From IMG/VR virus record IMGVR_UViG_3300030330_005091, positions 64,001-128,000 of that record: a stretch of DNA of 64,000 nucleotides, one strand, 5' to 3'. Made by a program: the position numbers and the translations under genes. This DNA comes from a virus (Duplodnaviria > Caudoviricetes). This document shows positions 19,263 to 28,410 of this stretch, piece by piece (position 1 is the first letter of the stretch; each line of letters begins with the position of its first letter). The notes under the pieces were generated by a model. That model had not been told where the DNA came from and did not search any database. It was given only the letters and a program-made list of their open reading frames with translations.

Positions 19263-19327
19263 CTAAAATCTGGAATTTTACTTTGGTGAAATTTTTGGCC
19301 GCAGATCGAAAACAGGCTTAGCACCGC

Positions 19328-19461
19328 TGTCAAGGTCCTGTCAAGTCATCGAGAGGTATATTCGGGTAGGTGGGGGGTAGGGGGGAGGTCCCACCACATA
19401 CTGACAGCATTTTGACAGCATGTTAAATGTATGTCAAAAACAATATGTCAATCATTTGTCA
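19328..19461. repeat. cluster of TGTCA/TGACA pairs at 11-bp period plus G-run
   Basis: pairs at 19328/19339, 19402/19413, 19421/19432, 19446/19457; G-rich tract ~19364-19388. Confidence 0.75.
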
Positions 19462-19631
19462 GTATTGCATGCACTCTTATAATACCCATAGCTTAATATT
19501 AGTATCTGACTGTATACCATCATGATAATAGGCGTCCAACCTACCATATCAATGCTTTTATCTATTATTTTATGTGTTCTCGGACACTTTTCGCGCAGTC
19601 GTCGCTTTATATGTGACAATCTTTGTCGCAT
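19452..19631 (-). CDS. small basic/TM protein (59 aa, not in ORF track)
   Basis: GGGAGAGG SD; CTACTTA motif upstream. Confidence 0.4.
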   Translation of the reverse strand: MRQRLSHIKRRLREKCPRTHKIIDKSIDMVGWTPIIMMVYSQILILSYGYYKSACNTDK

Positions 19632-19737
19632 AATCCTCTCCCATTAAGGCGAACATAAACTAAGTAGCTGATATTGTTGGCCTTTTATTTAATGTATTCT
19701 CGCATAAATGTGACAGCATGCGACAGCATATGGCCCG

Positions 19738-19854
19738 TTAAAAGCCGGATACCATCAAGTCCGCGTGTGATGCGACGGCATACAGCCACAAGAACGCAGC
19801 GCCGAGCGCAAGGCCAGCACATGCGTCTGCTACTTGGTCTTTGAAAGTATACAT
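19738..19854 (-). CDS. small membrane peptide (38 aa, not in ORF track)
   Basis: MYTFKDQVADACAGLALGAAFLWLYAVASHADLMVSGF; GGAGG SD behind cassette promoter. Confidence 0.55.
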   Translation of the reverse strand: MYTFKDQVADACAGLALGAAFLWLYAVASHADLMVSGF

Positions 19855-19866
19855 TAAACCTCCATT

Positions 19867-19925
19867 ATCATAACACATTACGTGCTACATGTCAACAATA
19901 AAAACGAAATGTCAAAAGAATGTCA
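19867..19925 (-). promoter_or_regulatory. TGACA-box promoter cassette (variant, N14)
   Basis: TGACA-N6-TGACA-N14-TTGACA-N17-TATGAT. Confidence 0.7.
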
Positions 19926-20263
19926 AGAAATATGTGCTTGACAGCGAGAGAGTGTATAGGTATAAAGTCTGTATAAAAATATCACACACAACCATCACAC
20001 TCAAACAAACATAAAGTCTAACTAACGCATATCCACCCCACAATATCCCACCTTAAACCACCATAACCCACAATACACAACTTTAATCATTGAGATATGA
20101 GATACAAACAAACACAGTAAACATCAGATAAACAAATACACTTAACATAAACTAACTCCTATTACGAATAAGATAATCAATAACCACTACTGATACGGTT
20201 GTACCTGTAATATAACCAATAATAAACATTTGCATAAGTATATTCTTTTGTTGTAGTCTCGGC

Positions 20264-21091
20264 CTATTTCTTCTTGGGGCGAGCCTTCATGATGAAACGC
20301 TCCTCAACCATCAGAGTGGTCGCCTTGCCTACAGGCAGCAGCTTGTAAACCTTGGCACCGCGAGCGGCAGATGTGACAGGCTTGGCATCAGTCTCGATAA
20401 CCATAAGTGTTACATTGCGCTTAAGGTAAGCCCCGTCAAGATACCGAACACCGGAAGGAGCGTTTGCGCGAAAAGTGACGAGCGAGCCCGCTGGATACTT
20501 GGCAGGCGCGTGGTGTGAAGCGAGCACCTTTTGTGCATACTTGTTTTTAACCATCTTATTATATTGTGAATAAGTTGGAATAAAAGTATCGTTGCCAATA
20601 ATCTCACGGGCTGTATCTTTGAAGTAACCCGTGGTCATATAATAGTTGGCAACCACGATAGCATCAGCACGGAGATCAGGATTATTTGTATAACTCTCGA
20701 CCCACTTCTGACGCTCGGCCAGTGCAGCATCATCATGCTCTGCTTCGATCTTGCGTAGAATCTCAAGCTGACGATCTGACAGGCGGCGATCACCTTTGAC
20801 TTGACTGGTCAGGCTCTCAACAAAGCCAGCAGCCCAGCTTGAAGGCTCGCAGCGCATGCTGAGAAGATCCAAGCGCATCAAGAACGTCTTGTGCTTCTCG
20901 GTAGCAGCCAACAACTTCTCAGGGGAATAGCGATCCTCCAGTGTAGCAACCCACTTGACACGACCAGCGGACAAGCGACCTTTGCGCTCATAGTAGGACA
21001 GAAGCGATTGAGCAAAGTCCTTATCACGCGCTGAGATAGCGGGATTGTTGATCAGAACTTCAAGGCGGGTGCGGTAGGTTGGACGAGCCAC
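20264..21091 (-). CDS. hypothetical early protein with C-terminal SH3-like domain
   Basis: two F..SL..Q....LS..Q repeats; KYPAGSLV. Confidence 0.7.
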   Translation of the reverse strand: MARPTYRTRLEVLINNPAISARDKDFAQSLLSYYERKGRLSAGRVKWVATLEDRYSPEKLLAATEKHKTFLMRLDLLSMRCEPSSWAAGFVESLTSQVKGDRRLSDRQLEILRKIEAEHDDAALAERQKWVESYTNNPDLRADAIVVANYYMTTGYFKDTAREIIGNDTFIPTYSQYNKMVKNKYAQKVLASHHAPAKYPAGSLVTFRANAPSGVRYLDGAYLKRNVTLMVIETDAKPVTSAARGAKVYKLLPVGKATTLMVEERFIMKARPKKK

Positions 21092-21120
21092 GTGTAATAC
21101 TCCTTGCTGATTACTCTATA

Positions 21121-21174
21121 AATATAGCATAGGGGAGTGAAAAGGTCAAGGTTTAAGTTGTCAAGGGAATGTTA
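21121..21174 (-). promoter_or_regulatory. TGACA-box promoter cassette
   Basis: TAACA-N6-TGACA-N9-TTGACC-N17-TATATT. Confidence 0.85.
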
Positions 21175-21474
21175 AGAGTTGTTTTCTTTCTCTCTACTCT
21201 CCGCATCCAACTCTGCAAGGTCTTTAGCAACGTCAGCAAGGGTCATTTTACGGGTTTTACGCAATTTGTTCTGGGCTCGTTGCAGCTTGCCCCAGCGCCG
21301 TGAGTTAGCAGGGTGCTTACAGATGTGCAGGTTCTCAATGCCGATGGCTGTAAGGCGTCTGAGGCTGTTCTGAGTGGCTTTAAGGGTGTCGGGCTTAGTC
21401 AACACGCGCTCGCTGCCTGAGAGCCTTCCAGCCTCGTTAATCTCAACGTCTGTTTTACTGATATAATACTTCAT
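21172..21474 (-). CDS. hypothetical protein
   Basis: SD AGGAG; stop inside cassette box. Confidence 0.65.
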   Translation of the reverse strand: MKYYISKTDVEINEAGRLSGSERVLTKPDTLKATQNSLRRLTAIGIENLHICKHPANSRRWGKLQRAQNKLRKTRKMTLADVAKDLAELDAESREKENNS

Positions 21475-21486
21475 GATCTCGGCTCC

Positions 21487-22740
21487 TTAGCAGTCGATTG
21501 CGATAACACGTTCATTGGTTTGGAAGTAGGGGCGAGCAGCGTGGACCTTGGTAGTCATCCACATACGTTGGCACTTGGATGCGATAGGCTTCGGAGCGCA
21601 AAGGTCAGTCAAGACAATGTGACCGTCAAAGTCGCCATCATTGACGAACTTGGTCGGCGCGTTGAAGCAAGTGCCGCCAGTCAACACGCGCTCGGTTTTC
21701 TTGGTTTGACCTTTCTTCCAAGTATATACCTTGTCAACGGCTACCTCGGTGTCGAATGGTACAACCGTGAACTCGGCAATCTCGGCCAGCTTGTTCAACT
21801 CGGAGAAGAACGCGGCGAGCATGCCATCATCAACCGATCCAGACTGGTCGATGGAGATAGCGATCTTGGCTTGACGACGCACGCGCTTGCCAGGGTGGAT
21901 CTTTGGGAACCGCTTGTTCAGGCGTCGAGGGGTCGAACGCTTGTCAGCACGTTGTGAGGTCTTGACGAAGTAACGAAGAACTTTGCGCCAATCAACCTTG
22001 GTCGCAACGCGGTCCATAATATCTTGACGCATACCAGACGAGACTGAGCCCCAGTTACGTGCCTTCTCAGCTTCCTCGGCAGCTTGCTTTACAGCTTCCT
22101 TCAATCGCTCTTTAGCAATCTCTTGAGTGGTGCTATCGCCATCACCGAACTGATCGTGACTGTCAAGTGAATCCATGCCACCGAAGGGATCACCATCGCC
22201 TTCACCGGGCTCGCCTTGACCATCGCCGTTGCTGTCTTGGTTCTCGGCCATATCTTTCAAGGCTTCGAGATACCATTCGTAGGTCTTGTTAGCAGGCAAG
22301 TGAGCAAACGGGCCTTCGCCGGGAAATACACCCTTCATGCCTTGACCATCGGCCATGATTGGGCCGGGGTCAGCTTCACACGGCAGCTTACCAGCCATTT
22401 CAGGCAGGCCGTTGATGGCAAGGTCCATCGCAATGTTGTCGATACGCTTGAGGCCATCGGCAGGCTTGCGGCCAGTCACGTGCTCGAAGATGATGTGATA
22501 GAACTCATGCATGAGGACACCAAGCTGATGCTCAGGCTTGAGAGCACCCATGAACTCAGGGTTATAAAGCAACTCGAACTGAGCGGTGTCGGGGTTGACA
22601 CGGACGCCAGCGGTCGGAAGGCTGGTAGTCGCGGTCTTGTCAATGCGACGAGACAGAGCGGCAAAGAACGGCTCGCGCATAAGCAGGCGAGCAGTGTGCA
22701 TGTTGAGATTGAAGGGCTTGATGGTCTTGTCGTCGGACAT
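21487..22740 (-). CDS. DUF2201-type metallopeptidase + VWA domain protein
   Basis: HEFYH, NIAMDLAIN, IDQSGS MIDAS, GGTCF, LTD; SD before ATG 22740. Confidence 0.85.
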   Translation of the reverse strand: MSDDKTIKPFNLNMHTARLLMREPFFAALSRRIDKTATTSLPTAGVRVNPDTAQFELLYNPEFMGALKPEHQLGVLMHEFYHIIFEHVTGRKPADGLKRIDNIAMDLAINGLPEMAGKLPCEADPGPIMADGQGMKGVFPGEGPFAHLPANKTYEWYLEALKDMAENQDSNGDGQGEPGEGDGDPFGGMDSLDSHDQFGDGDSTTQEIAKERLKEAVKQAAEEAEKARNWGSVSSGMRQDIMDRVATKVDWRKVLRYFVKTSQRADKRSTPRRLNKRFPKIHPGKRVRRQAKIAISIDQSGSVDDGMLAAFFSELNKLAEIAEFTVVPFDTEVAVDKVYTWKKGQTKKTERVLTGGTCFNAPTKFVNDGDFDGHIVLTDLCAPKPIASKCQRMWMTTKVHAARPYFQTNERVIAIDC

Positions 22741-22763
22741 GAATCTCTCCTGATTACCTATAT

Positions 22764-22817
22764 AATATAGCACGGGATGAGTGAAAAAGCAAGGGTTAAG
22801 TTGTCAAGGAAATGTCA
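22764..22817 (-). promoter_or_regulatory. TGACA-box promoter cassette
   Basis: TGACA-N6-TGACA-N9-TTGCTT-N17-TATATT. Confidence 0.85.
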
Positions 22818-23021
22818 GGAGATGGGAACACTAAAGGCAGCGTTGATCACTGTGTCGGCATACCATTGGGCACCGTCAGAACTGCCGTCAAATAGCCTGT
22901 AATGGCGTCTGTTGGCGTCAAGCTGTCCCCACTCCTTCTTGTAACTCTCACGCACTTCAACGACCAGACAGGGGCACTTATCGTGCTCCCTGATTAATAG
23001 GTCGCCTACCTTGAACTTCAA
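22815..23021 (-). CDS. small SH3/KOW-like (VGDL) protein
   Basis: FKVGDLLIR. Confidence 0.6.
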   Translation of the reverse strand: MKFKVGDLLIREHDKCPCLVVEVRESYKKEWGQLDANRRHYRLFDGSSDGAQWYADTVINAAFSVPIS

Positions 23022-24100
23022 GAGTTACCGCCAAGGATCTCAACAAGGTGGTCAGAGACACGGCGACCATCGGACGCCTCGGCCTTGTGGAGTGCCACAA
23101 CATTGTCAATGTTGTCGGTGTCACCGAGAACGGTCCACAACTTCATGGCGACCTCGGAAGGCAGGGTTACGAAGTAGTTGGCGAGGTTAGTGACCTGAGC
23201 CTCGGTCAGAGTCTCAGAGAACACATCAGATGCCTCGAACTTCTCAATCATGGCAGCGTGGTCATTGATACCCCACTGCTCGGTCTTCTCGATTTCACCG
23301 TTGTCAAGAATGTCAGCGATGGTCACTTGCCATTCGTACTTCTCAACGAAATCGCGGAGAGCGACAGCAGCCTCGAACCCGACGAAGGCAGTCGCGAGGT
23401 TGAACAGAAGGTCACGGTCGCCTTCCTCACCGAATACGCCGGTTGAAACTGCGGTATCGTTGAACCGCTTCCAGCTACGACGTGACGGGTAAACCTTGTT
23501 AGGCTCGAAGTCACCGCGATGCTCAAGGTGCATGCGGTTTTGGTTGATGAAGTCCCAGAGGATGCCATCAGTGCGGTCGGTCGCCCACTTCAACCAATCC
23601 TCATCGGAAGGCTCGACATCGAACACGGTCCAGCGGTCCAACTCGGCAGGGTCCATTTCGCCAACTTGGTATTGAGCACCGTGCTCGCCACCGTTGACAG
23701 CGGCAACGATCAGGGTGTCAGGGTGCAGACGCCAGCCGTTCAGCTTGCGGCTGTCGGTCAACTCGAAAAGACCCTGACGGACTTCCACAGTCGCACGATC
23801 AACCTCATCGAGGAACAGCATCACGGGCTGCTCACACGCGGTCACAAGCCAGTCAGGGGCGTTCCACGTGGTAGCCTTGCGGCCATTGATCTCGGTGTCT
23901 GCCGTGTCAGGCAGACCGAGAAGATCACCTTCGGTCATCTGGCTGGCACGACGCTCGACCACTGGAAGGTCGCGAGCAGCGGCGATCTGGTAGACCACCT
24001 CGGACTTGCCGACACCGTGACGACCGCGCAGAAGCACGGGCAGCTTGTTGTCGAGGATGTGAGGAGCGACGGTAGTGAATGTTGCGAAGTCGATAGCCAT
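23018..24100 (-). CDS. MoxR-like AAA+ ATPase
   Basis: GRHGVGKS Walker A, LFLDE Walker B, AAVN sensor, DPAELDRW Arg finger. Confidence 0.9.
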   Translation of the reverse strand: MAIDFATFTTVAPHILDNKLPVLLRGRHGVGKSEVVYQIAAARDLPVVERRASQMTEGDLLGLPDTADTEINGRKATTWNAPDWLVTACEQPVMLFLDEVDRATVEVRQGLFELTDSRKLNGWRLHPDTLIVAAVNGGEHGAQYQVGEMDPAELDRWTVFDVEPSDEDWLKWATDRTDGILWDFINQNRMHLEHRGDFEPNKVYPSRRSWKRFNDTAVSTGVFGEEGDRDLLFNLATAFVGFEAAVALRDFVEKYEWQVTIADILDNGEIEKTEQWGINDHAAMIEKFEASDVFSETLTEAQVTNLANYFVTLPSEVAMKLWTVLGDTDNIDNVVALHKAEASDGRRVSDHLVEILGGNS

Positions 24101-24147
24101 GATATGTTCTCCGTGGGAGGGGTTGTGTTCTTTGTTCTTACTCTATA

Positions 24148-24213
24148 AATATAGCATCATCAGAGTAAAAGGTCAAGGTTTATTTTGTCAAGTAAATGTC
24201 AAGGGATTTGTCA
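24148..24213 (-). promoter_or_regulatory. TGACA-box promoter cassette (three boxes)
   Basis: TGACA x3-N9-TTGACC-N17-TATATT. Confidence 0.85.
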
Positions 24214-24690
24214 AGTCGCTGGCTCAAGGTCGCGGGTCGGATAGGTCGGCCAGCCCCACCGTGGTTGAGCCTCACCCGTCCATGCGATGCGAGCATAGTC
24301 GCCAGCGTTGGCTTCCATCACAAGACCGACGCGACCAGCATAGCCCTGACGCATGGCCCGCTTGTTCTGTTTGCCTCGCACCAGTGAGCCAACGGGATAC
24401 TTAGGCGGCGATGGTAACAGGCTCTCACAGACCTGCGTGATGTTATCACGGAACGAGCCAGCGTGATAGTCGGTCATCAGATCAGAGTGGTCATTGACAC
24501 CGCGAACATGGAAGTTGTGCGCGTCGGCATCCATTTGTTCGTCATCAGGGCCACAGCCGTTGGCCAAGAACGAACCAACATAGCCGTTGTGCTGAAATGA
24601 CCAGCGGTGACCTACGAGTTTTACCTCAATGTCGATGCCTTGTTTCTTGAAGTGTGATTTGACTTTCTTGATTGCGTTGCGAACTTTCAT
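24211..24690 (-). CDS. hypothetical protein with C-terminal SH3/KOW-like domain
   Basis: KYPVGSLV...VGLV...ARIAW...DLE. Confidence 0.7.
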   Translation of the reverse strand: MKVRNAIKKVKSHFKKQGIDIEVKLVGHRWSFQHNGYVGSFLANGCGPDDEQMDADAHNFHVRGVNDHSDLMTDYHAGSFRDNITQVCESLLPSPPKYPVGSLVRGKQNKRAMRQGYAGRVGLVMEANAGDYARIAWTGEAQPRWGWPTYPTRDLEPAT

Positions 24691-24716
24691 GTAGTGCTCT
24701 CCTTGATTACTTATAT

Positions 24717-24770
24717 AATATACCACGTGCGGACGAAGATTGCAAGGGCAATCTTGTCAGGGAAATGTCA
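24717..24770 (-). promoter_or_regulatory. TGACA-box promoter cassette
   Basis: TGACA-N6-TGACA-N9-TTGCAA-N17-TATATT. Confidence 0.85.
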
Positions 24771-25646
24771 AAGGTCCAAACTTCTTCGGGCTTCGATGAA
24801 ATGGTTAGTACCATAGCGGCTCGATTCTTGATTGAACTTCGTAACATTCTCGGCATCGCGGAAGTCCCAATCACGGGCTTTGCCTGATGGATAGTATTGA
24901 TTGAAGTTTAGATCGTCAGCTTGAAGCCATCCAGCGGGCGGTTCAATCTTACCAGCAAGGGTGATCTCATTTTTATGAACCATGCCATTGACACTATGTG
25001 TGCTCTCAGTCGTCACCGCGTAGTGATCGCGAGGCGTAAGCCCTTCATTCAACGTGGCAGCATCTTGAAAACCGTATATACTTTCACTGTTTCGATGGTT
25101 AGGTGCAACCACTTGCCAGTTGAAGCTGGTCAGCATCATAGGACGCTCACGCGATCCCCACTGTTGGTTCTCGCCCCAGTATCCATAGCGCGTCATGATG
25201 GCCATAGAACCAATGCCAGCGCCCACATTGCGCATTTCCTCAAGGCGTTGGGCCCTGACCATCTGAGCGGCCTTGATGAATACGCGCCGATCTTCTTTGA
25301 GGATAGAACACGTGCGCCGAGTGTGACCCCGATCTCCACAATATGAGCATGTAACGGTTCTCATGCGGTCGGCTTTCGCGGCCGCCTTCTGCTCTTTCGT
25401 CATGACAATAGAAGCGCCCGTGTCAGGGTCACAGCGCGTGCGCTTGGTATATTGGCGTGCGTAAGATTCCATTTGCGTGCGGTAACCAGCAGCACCATTG
25501 TCATCGCCGTTAGCTTCGCATATTGCAAGGTTTTGTTTAGCAGTCTTATAGCGCTTGCGAAGGCGCAGATTCAACTCAGGGCAAGAGCGTTTGTTGTGGC
25601 CAGTTTGGTAGCAGTAAGAGCAGCGGACGGTTCCATTATATGACAT
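24768..25646 (-). CDS. protein with two CCHC zinc knuckles
   Basis: CSYCYQTGHNKRSC and CSYCGDRGHTRRTC. Confidence 0.8.
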   Translation of the reverse strand: MSYNGTVRCSYCYQTGHNKRSCPELNLRLRKRYKTAKQNLAICEANGDDNGAAGYRTQMESYARQYTKRTRCDPDTGASIVMTKEQKAAAKADRMRTVTCSYCGDRGHTRRTCSILKEDRRVFIKAAQMVRAQRLEEMRNVGAGIGSMAIMTRYGYWGENQQWGSRERPMMLTSFNWQVVAPNHRNSESIYGFQDAATLNEGLTPRDHYAVTTESTHSVNGMVHKNEITLAGKIEPPAGWLQADDLNFNQYYPSGKARDWDFRDAENVTKFNQESSRYGTNHFIEARRSLDL

Positions 25647-25670
25647 GTAGTTCTCCTTGATTACTTATAT

Positions 25671-25724
25671 AATATAGCACAGGCGAGAGGGGTTCGCAAG
25701 GGGTTCTTTGTCAAGAAGATGTCA
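25671..25724 (-). promoter_or_regulatory. TGACA-box promoter cassette
   Basis: TGACA-N6-TGACA-N9-TTGCGA-N17-TATATT. Confidence 0.85.
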
Positions 25725-25914
25725 AGGCACCATCAACAAGTGAAAGGTGTTGGCTCGCTTCGGTTTCTGGCTGTGTCTTGTCATTCCACAAAACTTTAAC
25801 ATCGCGGTTGCCAGTGTATTTACCAGTCTCGACAATCAGACCAACGTGGACAGATAGACCCTTTTGCCATCGTGTTCGTTGAAAGTAGTATGTCACCAGA
25901 TCACCGACTTGCAT
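25711..25914 (-). CDS. MxVGDLV array member
   Basis: MQVGDLVTY; GGAGGT SD; 14-nt overlap with upstream gene. Confidence 0.75.
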   Translation of the reverse strand: MQVGDLVTYYFQRTRWQKGLSVHVGLIVETGKYTGNRDVKVLWNDKTQPETEASQHLSLVDGALTSS

Positions 25915-26089
25915 TAACGACCTCCACGCGATGAGCCTCAATCCAACTTGTTCGCCCGTCATTCCATGTTACAACAGGATGGTTCGAGCGTTGAGTGTTA
26001 TCAGGCCATCTTGTATCTGTCCAATCAATAATAACCCCAAGCATACCGCTTTCTGACCAAAGGTTTCTCACCAGATCACCGACTTTCAT
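25901..26089 (-). CDS. MxVGDLV array member
   Basis: MKVGDLV...VEVVNASR. Confidence 0.8.
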   Translation of the reverse strand: MKVGDLVRNLWSESGMLGVIIDWTDTRWPDNTQRSNHPVVTWNDGRTSWIEAHRVEVVNASR

Positions 26090-26113
26090 GTGATTTCTCC
26101 TTTCTATACATAT

Positions 26114-26167
26114 AATATAGCATCGGCTGGGGCGGTTGTCAATGGCTCAAATGTCAGGGAAATGTTA
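26114..26167 (-). promoter_or_regulatory. TGACA-box promoter cassette
   Basis: TAACA-N6-TGACA-N9-TTGACA-N17-TATATT. Confidence 0.85.
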
Positions 26168-26521
26168 AGCCTTGCCTTTGTGGTTTGCATTTCCAGCGTT
26201 GTAAGCCACGTGGCGCATTGGTCGGTTTCCAATAGTTGTGTTAGAACCTGACAAATGACAAGACTTGCCCTTGTGGAAACCAGTCACAGCCTTCCAAGCC
26301 TTAGAATACGACTCGCGATCTTCGTTGGACTCGAACGCAACGATTGAGATACCAGCGGCCTTACCATCACCAGCGGACAGCCCCAGATACTTAACAGCAG
26401 TCTCGGTGCCAAGTTCCTCAACGCAGTCAGGACACTCGTTGATCTTACCGCCGGCTTGCTTCTTGGCGGTCGAGTCAAGATCAAAAGAGATTCCACAATG
26501 TTTACATTCTTTGGTGTTCAT
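26165..26521 (-). CDS. zinc-ribbon protein
   Basis: CKHC...CPDC. Confidence 0.7.
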   Translation of the reverse strand: MNTKECKHCGISFDLDSTAKKQAGGKINECPDCVEELGTETAVKYLGLSAGDGKAAGISIVAFESNEDRESYSKAWKAVTGFHKGKSCHLSGSNTTIGNRPMRHVAYNAGNANHKGKA

Positions 26522-26527
26522 TTCTAC

Positions 26528-26884
26528 CTACCAGTCAATGGGGTCGTTAGCAACAGGGTTTGCAGTGCCGCGCATTAGTCTCTGTTCCACAGTCTCGGCG
26601 TCCTCGACTTGAAACTCACCGAAGCGCACGCCGCGGCGCTCTGCCGCACGGCTGGATGCCTTCTGCATCTCGCGAGCACGGATGCCAGCGTCAACGAAAG
26701 CAGCCTCGGCAATCTCGGTAGGCTCCCACTCATCAACCACGTCACCTGATTGTTCCATCAAATCATGGCAAAGTTCAATAGCAGGCTGACCATCGGCATC
26801 CGTGCGTGTGCCAGCCTCGTGAAGAAGATCGAGAATCAAATCAAGTTCGCGCTGGGTAACTCGAATGTTTAGAATGTCAGACAT
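26528..26884 (-). CDS. hypothetical protein
   Basis: SD AGGAG behind cassette. Confidence 0.7.
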   Translation of the reverse strand: MSDILNIRVTQRELDLILDLLHEAGTRTDADGQPAIELCHDLMEQSGDVVDEWEPTEIAEAAFVDAGIRAREMQKASSRAAERRGVRFGEFQVEDAETVEQRLMRGTANPVANDPIDW

Positions 26885-26906
26885 GTTTGCTCCTTGTTAT
26901 GTATAT

Positions 26907-26960
26907 AATATAGCCCATAACTTGGCTGTTGTCAATGGTTAAAATGTAAAGAGAATGTCA
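26907..26960 (-). promoter_or_regulatory. TGACA-box promoter cassette
   Basis: TGACA-N6-TTACA-N9-TTGACA-N17-TATATT. Confidence 0.8.
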
Positions 26961-27101
26961 AGCCCGCTATACATGAATCGCTGTTCTCGCCGCGTCTTTC
27001 ACTCGCCAGCCACCTTTCAACTCCCCAAAGGGTATGGGTTCATGGGTGACATTGAACCCGTTACTCTGTATAGTTTATAGATAGCCGACTTGACATTCTC
27101 T
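26950..27101 (-). repeat. 152-bp non-coding element bounded by 21-bp inverted repeats (candidate ncRNA)
   Basis: agagaatgtcaagcccgctat (26950-26970) vs revcomp of 27081-27101, 19/21; internal GGGTTCA/TGAACCC hairpin. Confidence 0.6.
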
Positions 27102-27108
27102 AGTAAAA

Positions 27109-27483
27109 TCAATAGGTTGCGGACCTTTCGATGTGAATATCAAAGCCCCAGCCTTCAACTTCGTTGTCGTCCATTTCCTCACCGATGCGAACGAAGCGGT
27201 AATATTCATCTGCGTTGACTTCCTTGCCGTCAACTTGAATCTGTTCAGACTGACACCACTCGATGAAGTCTTGAATAGCAGCAACTTCTTCAAAGCTGTC
27301 GTACCACTTGATGTGACTCCAGCGAAACAAGAACGCGCCCTCGATGTCGCAGTAGTCCTTGATCATTGTGTCAGCTTCCCCGAAACACATCTTGCGAGCC
27401 TCGGGAGACTTTGCCATAGTGACCATAAACTGTGGCATAACTTCAGGACCAACAGCCAAAATAACTTCTGAACGATAACCCAT
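27109..27483 (-). CDS. conserved phage hypothetical protein
   Basis: MGYRSEV...KWY...RFVRIGEE..D motif. Confidence 0.75.
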   Translation of the reverse strand: MGYRSEVILAVGPEVMPQFMVTMAKSPEARKMCFGEADTMIKDYCDIEGAFLFRWSHIKWYDSFEEVAAIQDFIEWCQSEQIQVDGKEVNADEYYRFVRIGEEMDDNEVEGWGFDIHIERSATY

Positions 27484-27485
27484 CT

Positions 27486-27677
27486 CTACGCCTCCGCTGC
27501 GTTGTGGAGTGCTGCGGCTGCGATGATGAGCGCATCAGTCAACTCGGGGTTCTTCTCTTGTGCAATCTGTCCAGTGATCATCATCATTGTGATTGATACC
27601 TCAAGGTTTGAGCGGTTCTCTTCCATCGGCGTCAGCTTCGGGAAAGTGTTGATAAGGTTGATGGGCTTCAAGTTCAT
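27486..27677 (-). CDS. hypothetical protein
   Basis: SD AGGAGA behind cassette. Confidence 0.65.
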   Translation of the reverse strand: MNLKPINLINTFPKLTPMEENRSNLEVSITMMMITGQIAQEKNPELTDALIIAAAALHNAAEA

Positions 27678-27698
27678 TTCGTTTCTCCTTATGCTTAT

Positions 27699-27752
27699 AA
27701 TATAGCATCGTGGGAGGGGTTCGTCAAGGATTAAGTTGTCAAGAGAATGTCA
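27699..27752 (-). promoter_or_regulatory. TGACA-box promoter cassette
   Basis: TGACA-N6-TGACA-N9-TTGACG-N17-TATATT. Confidence 0.85.
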
Positions 27753-27935
27753 GGTGATTTGTTTGAGGTAGCGGCTGCTCATAACTTCGCGCTTGCCACT
27801 ACCAACCCACTCGACAATCCACCACTCTCCAAGGCGGGATGACTTCGGGACTGCGATGACGATGCCGACAGGACGCCGACCCTCGCCATAAGTTCTTTCT
27901 ACCAACATTCCGGGTGTAAGTTGAGTCATGGTCAC
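27750..27935 (-). CDS. small SH3/KOW-like protein
   Basis: LTPGMLV...GIVI...WIVEW...YL. Confidence 0.7.
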   Translation of the reverse strand: MTMTQLTPGMLVERTYGEGRRPVGIVIAVPKSSRLGEWWIVEWVGSGKREVMSSRYLKQIT

Positions 27936-28264
27936 GCTGCGATCTCCATATGCATCATATCAAGTTGATAGCCATAGTTATTACTCCATGTAAGTTCTGA
28001 CCAGCTTTGAAAGATCGACCACAACTCGTCGCGCTTCATATCTCTCATTTTGGCTTGATCCCATTCATATGGTTCAGCCTGTTCGCCGTCAGTCTCGCGA
28101 TATGCGTTGTGGTTGTTCATAGCACTCAAGGCGGTTTCCTCATCCTCGACACCAAGAAACTCAAGCACATCAGCGATACACGCCAGCGCACAACCCTTTT
28201 CAGTCAGATGAACTGAAGAAAACAAATCGCCTTCGTGGATACCTTGCATCACCCAAACTTTCAT
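27932..28264 (-). CDS. hypothetical protein
   Basis: ATGA-coupled, GAGGT SD. Confidence 0.65.
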   Translation of the reverse strand: MKVWVMQGIHEGDLFSSVHLTEKGCALACIADVLEFLGVEDEETALSAMNNHNAYRETDGEQAEPYEWDQAKMRDMKRDELWSIFQSWSELTWSNNYGYQLDMMHMEIAA

Positions 28265-28410
28265 GCTATCACCTCAAAGTGAGTTTTATCAGCCCACATC
28301 TTATAGTTTGTTTTTTGGTTAATGATTAACACGCTCTCTGCAATCTCATCAAGAGCGAGCCACACTGAATCGTTAAACCTGTTTCTAAGCAAACACCCTA
28401 CCTCAATCAT
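28261..28410 (-). CDS. small SH3-like protein (49 aa, not in ORF track)
   Basis: MIEVGCLL...HFEVIA; coupled on both sides. Confidence 0.6.
   Translation of the reverse strand: MIEVGCLLRNRFNDSVWLALDEIAESVLIINQKTNYKMWADKTHFEVIA

Noticed and set aside
19738-19854. Apparent frameshifted pseudogene
   Set aside because: Re-reading shows an intact 38-codon ORF
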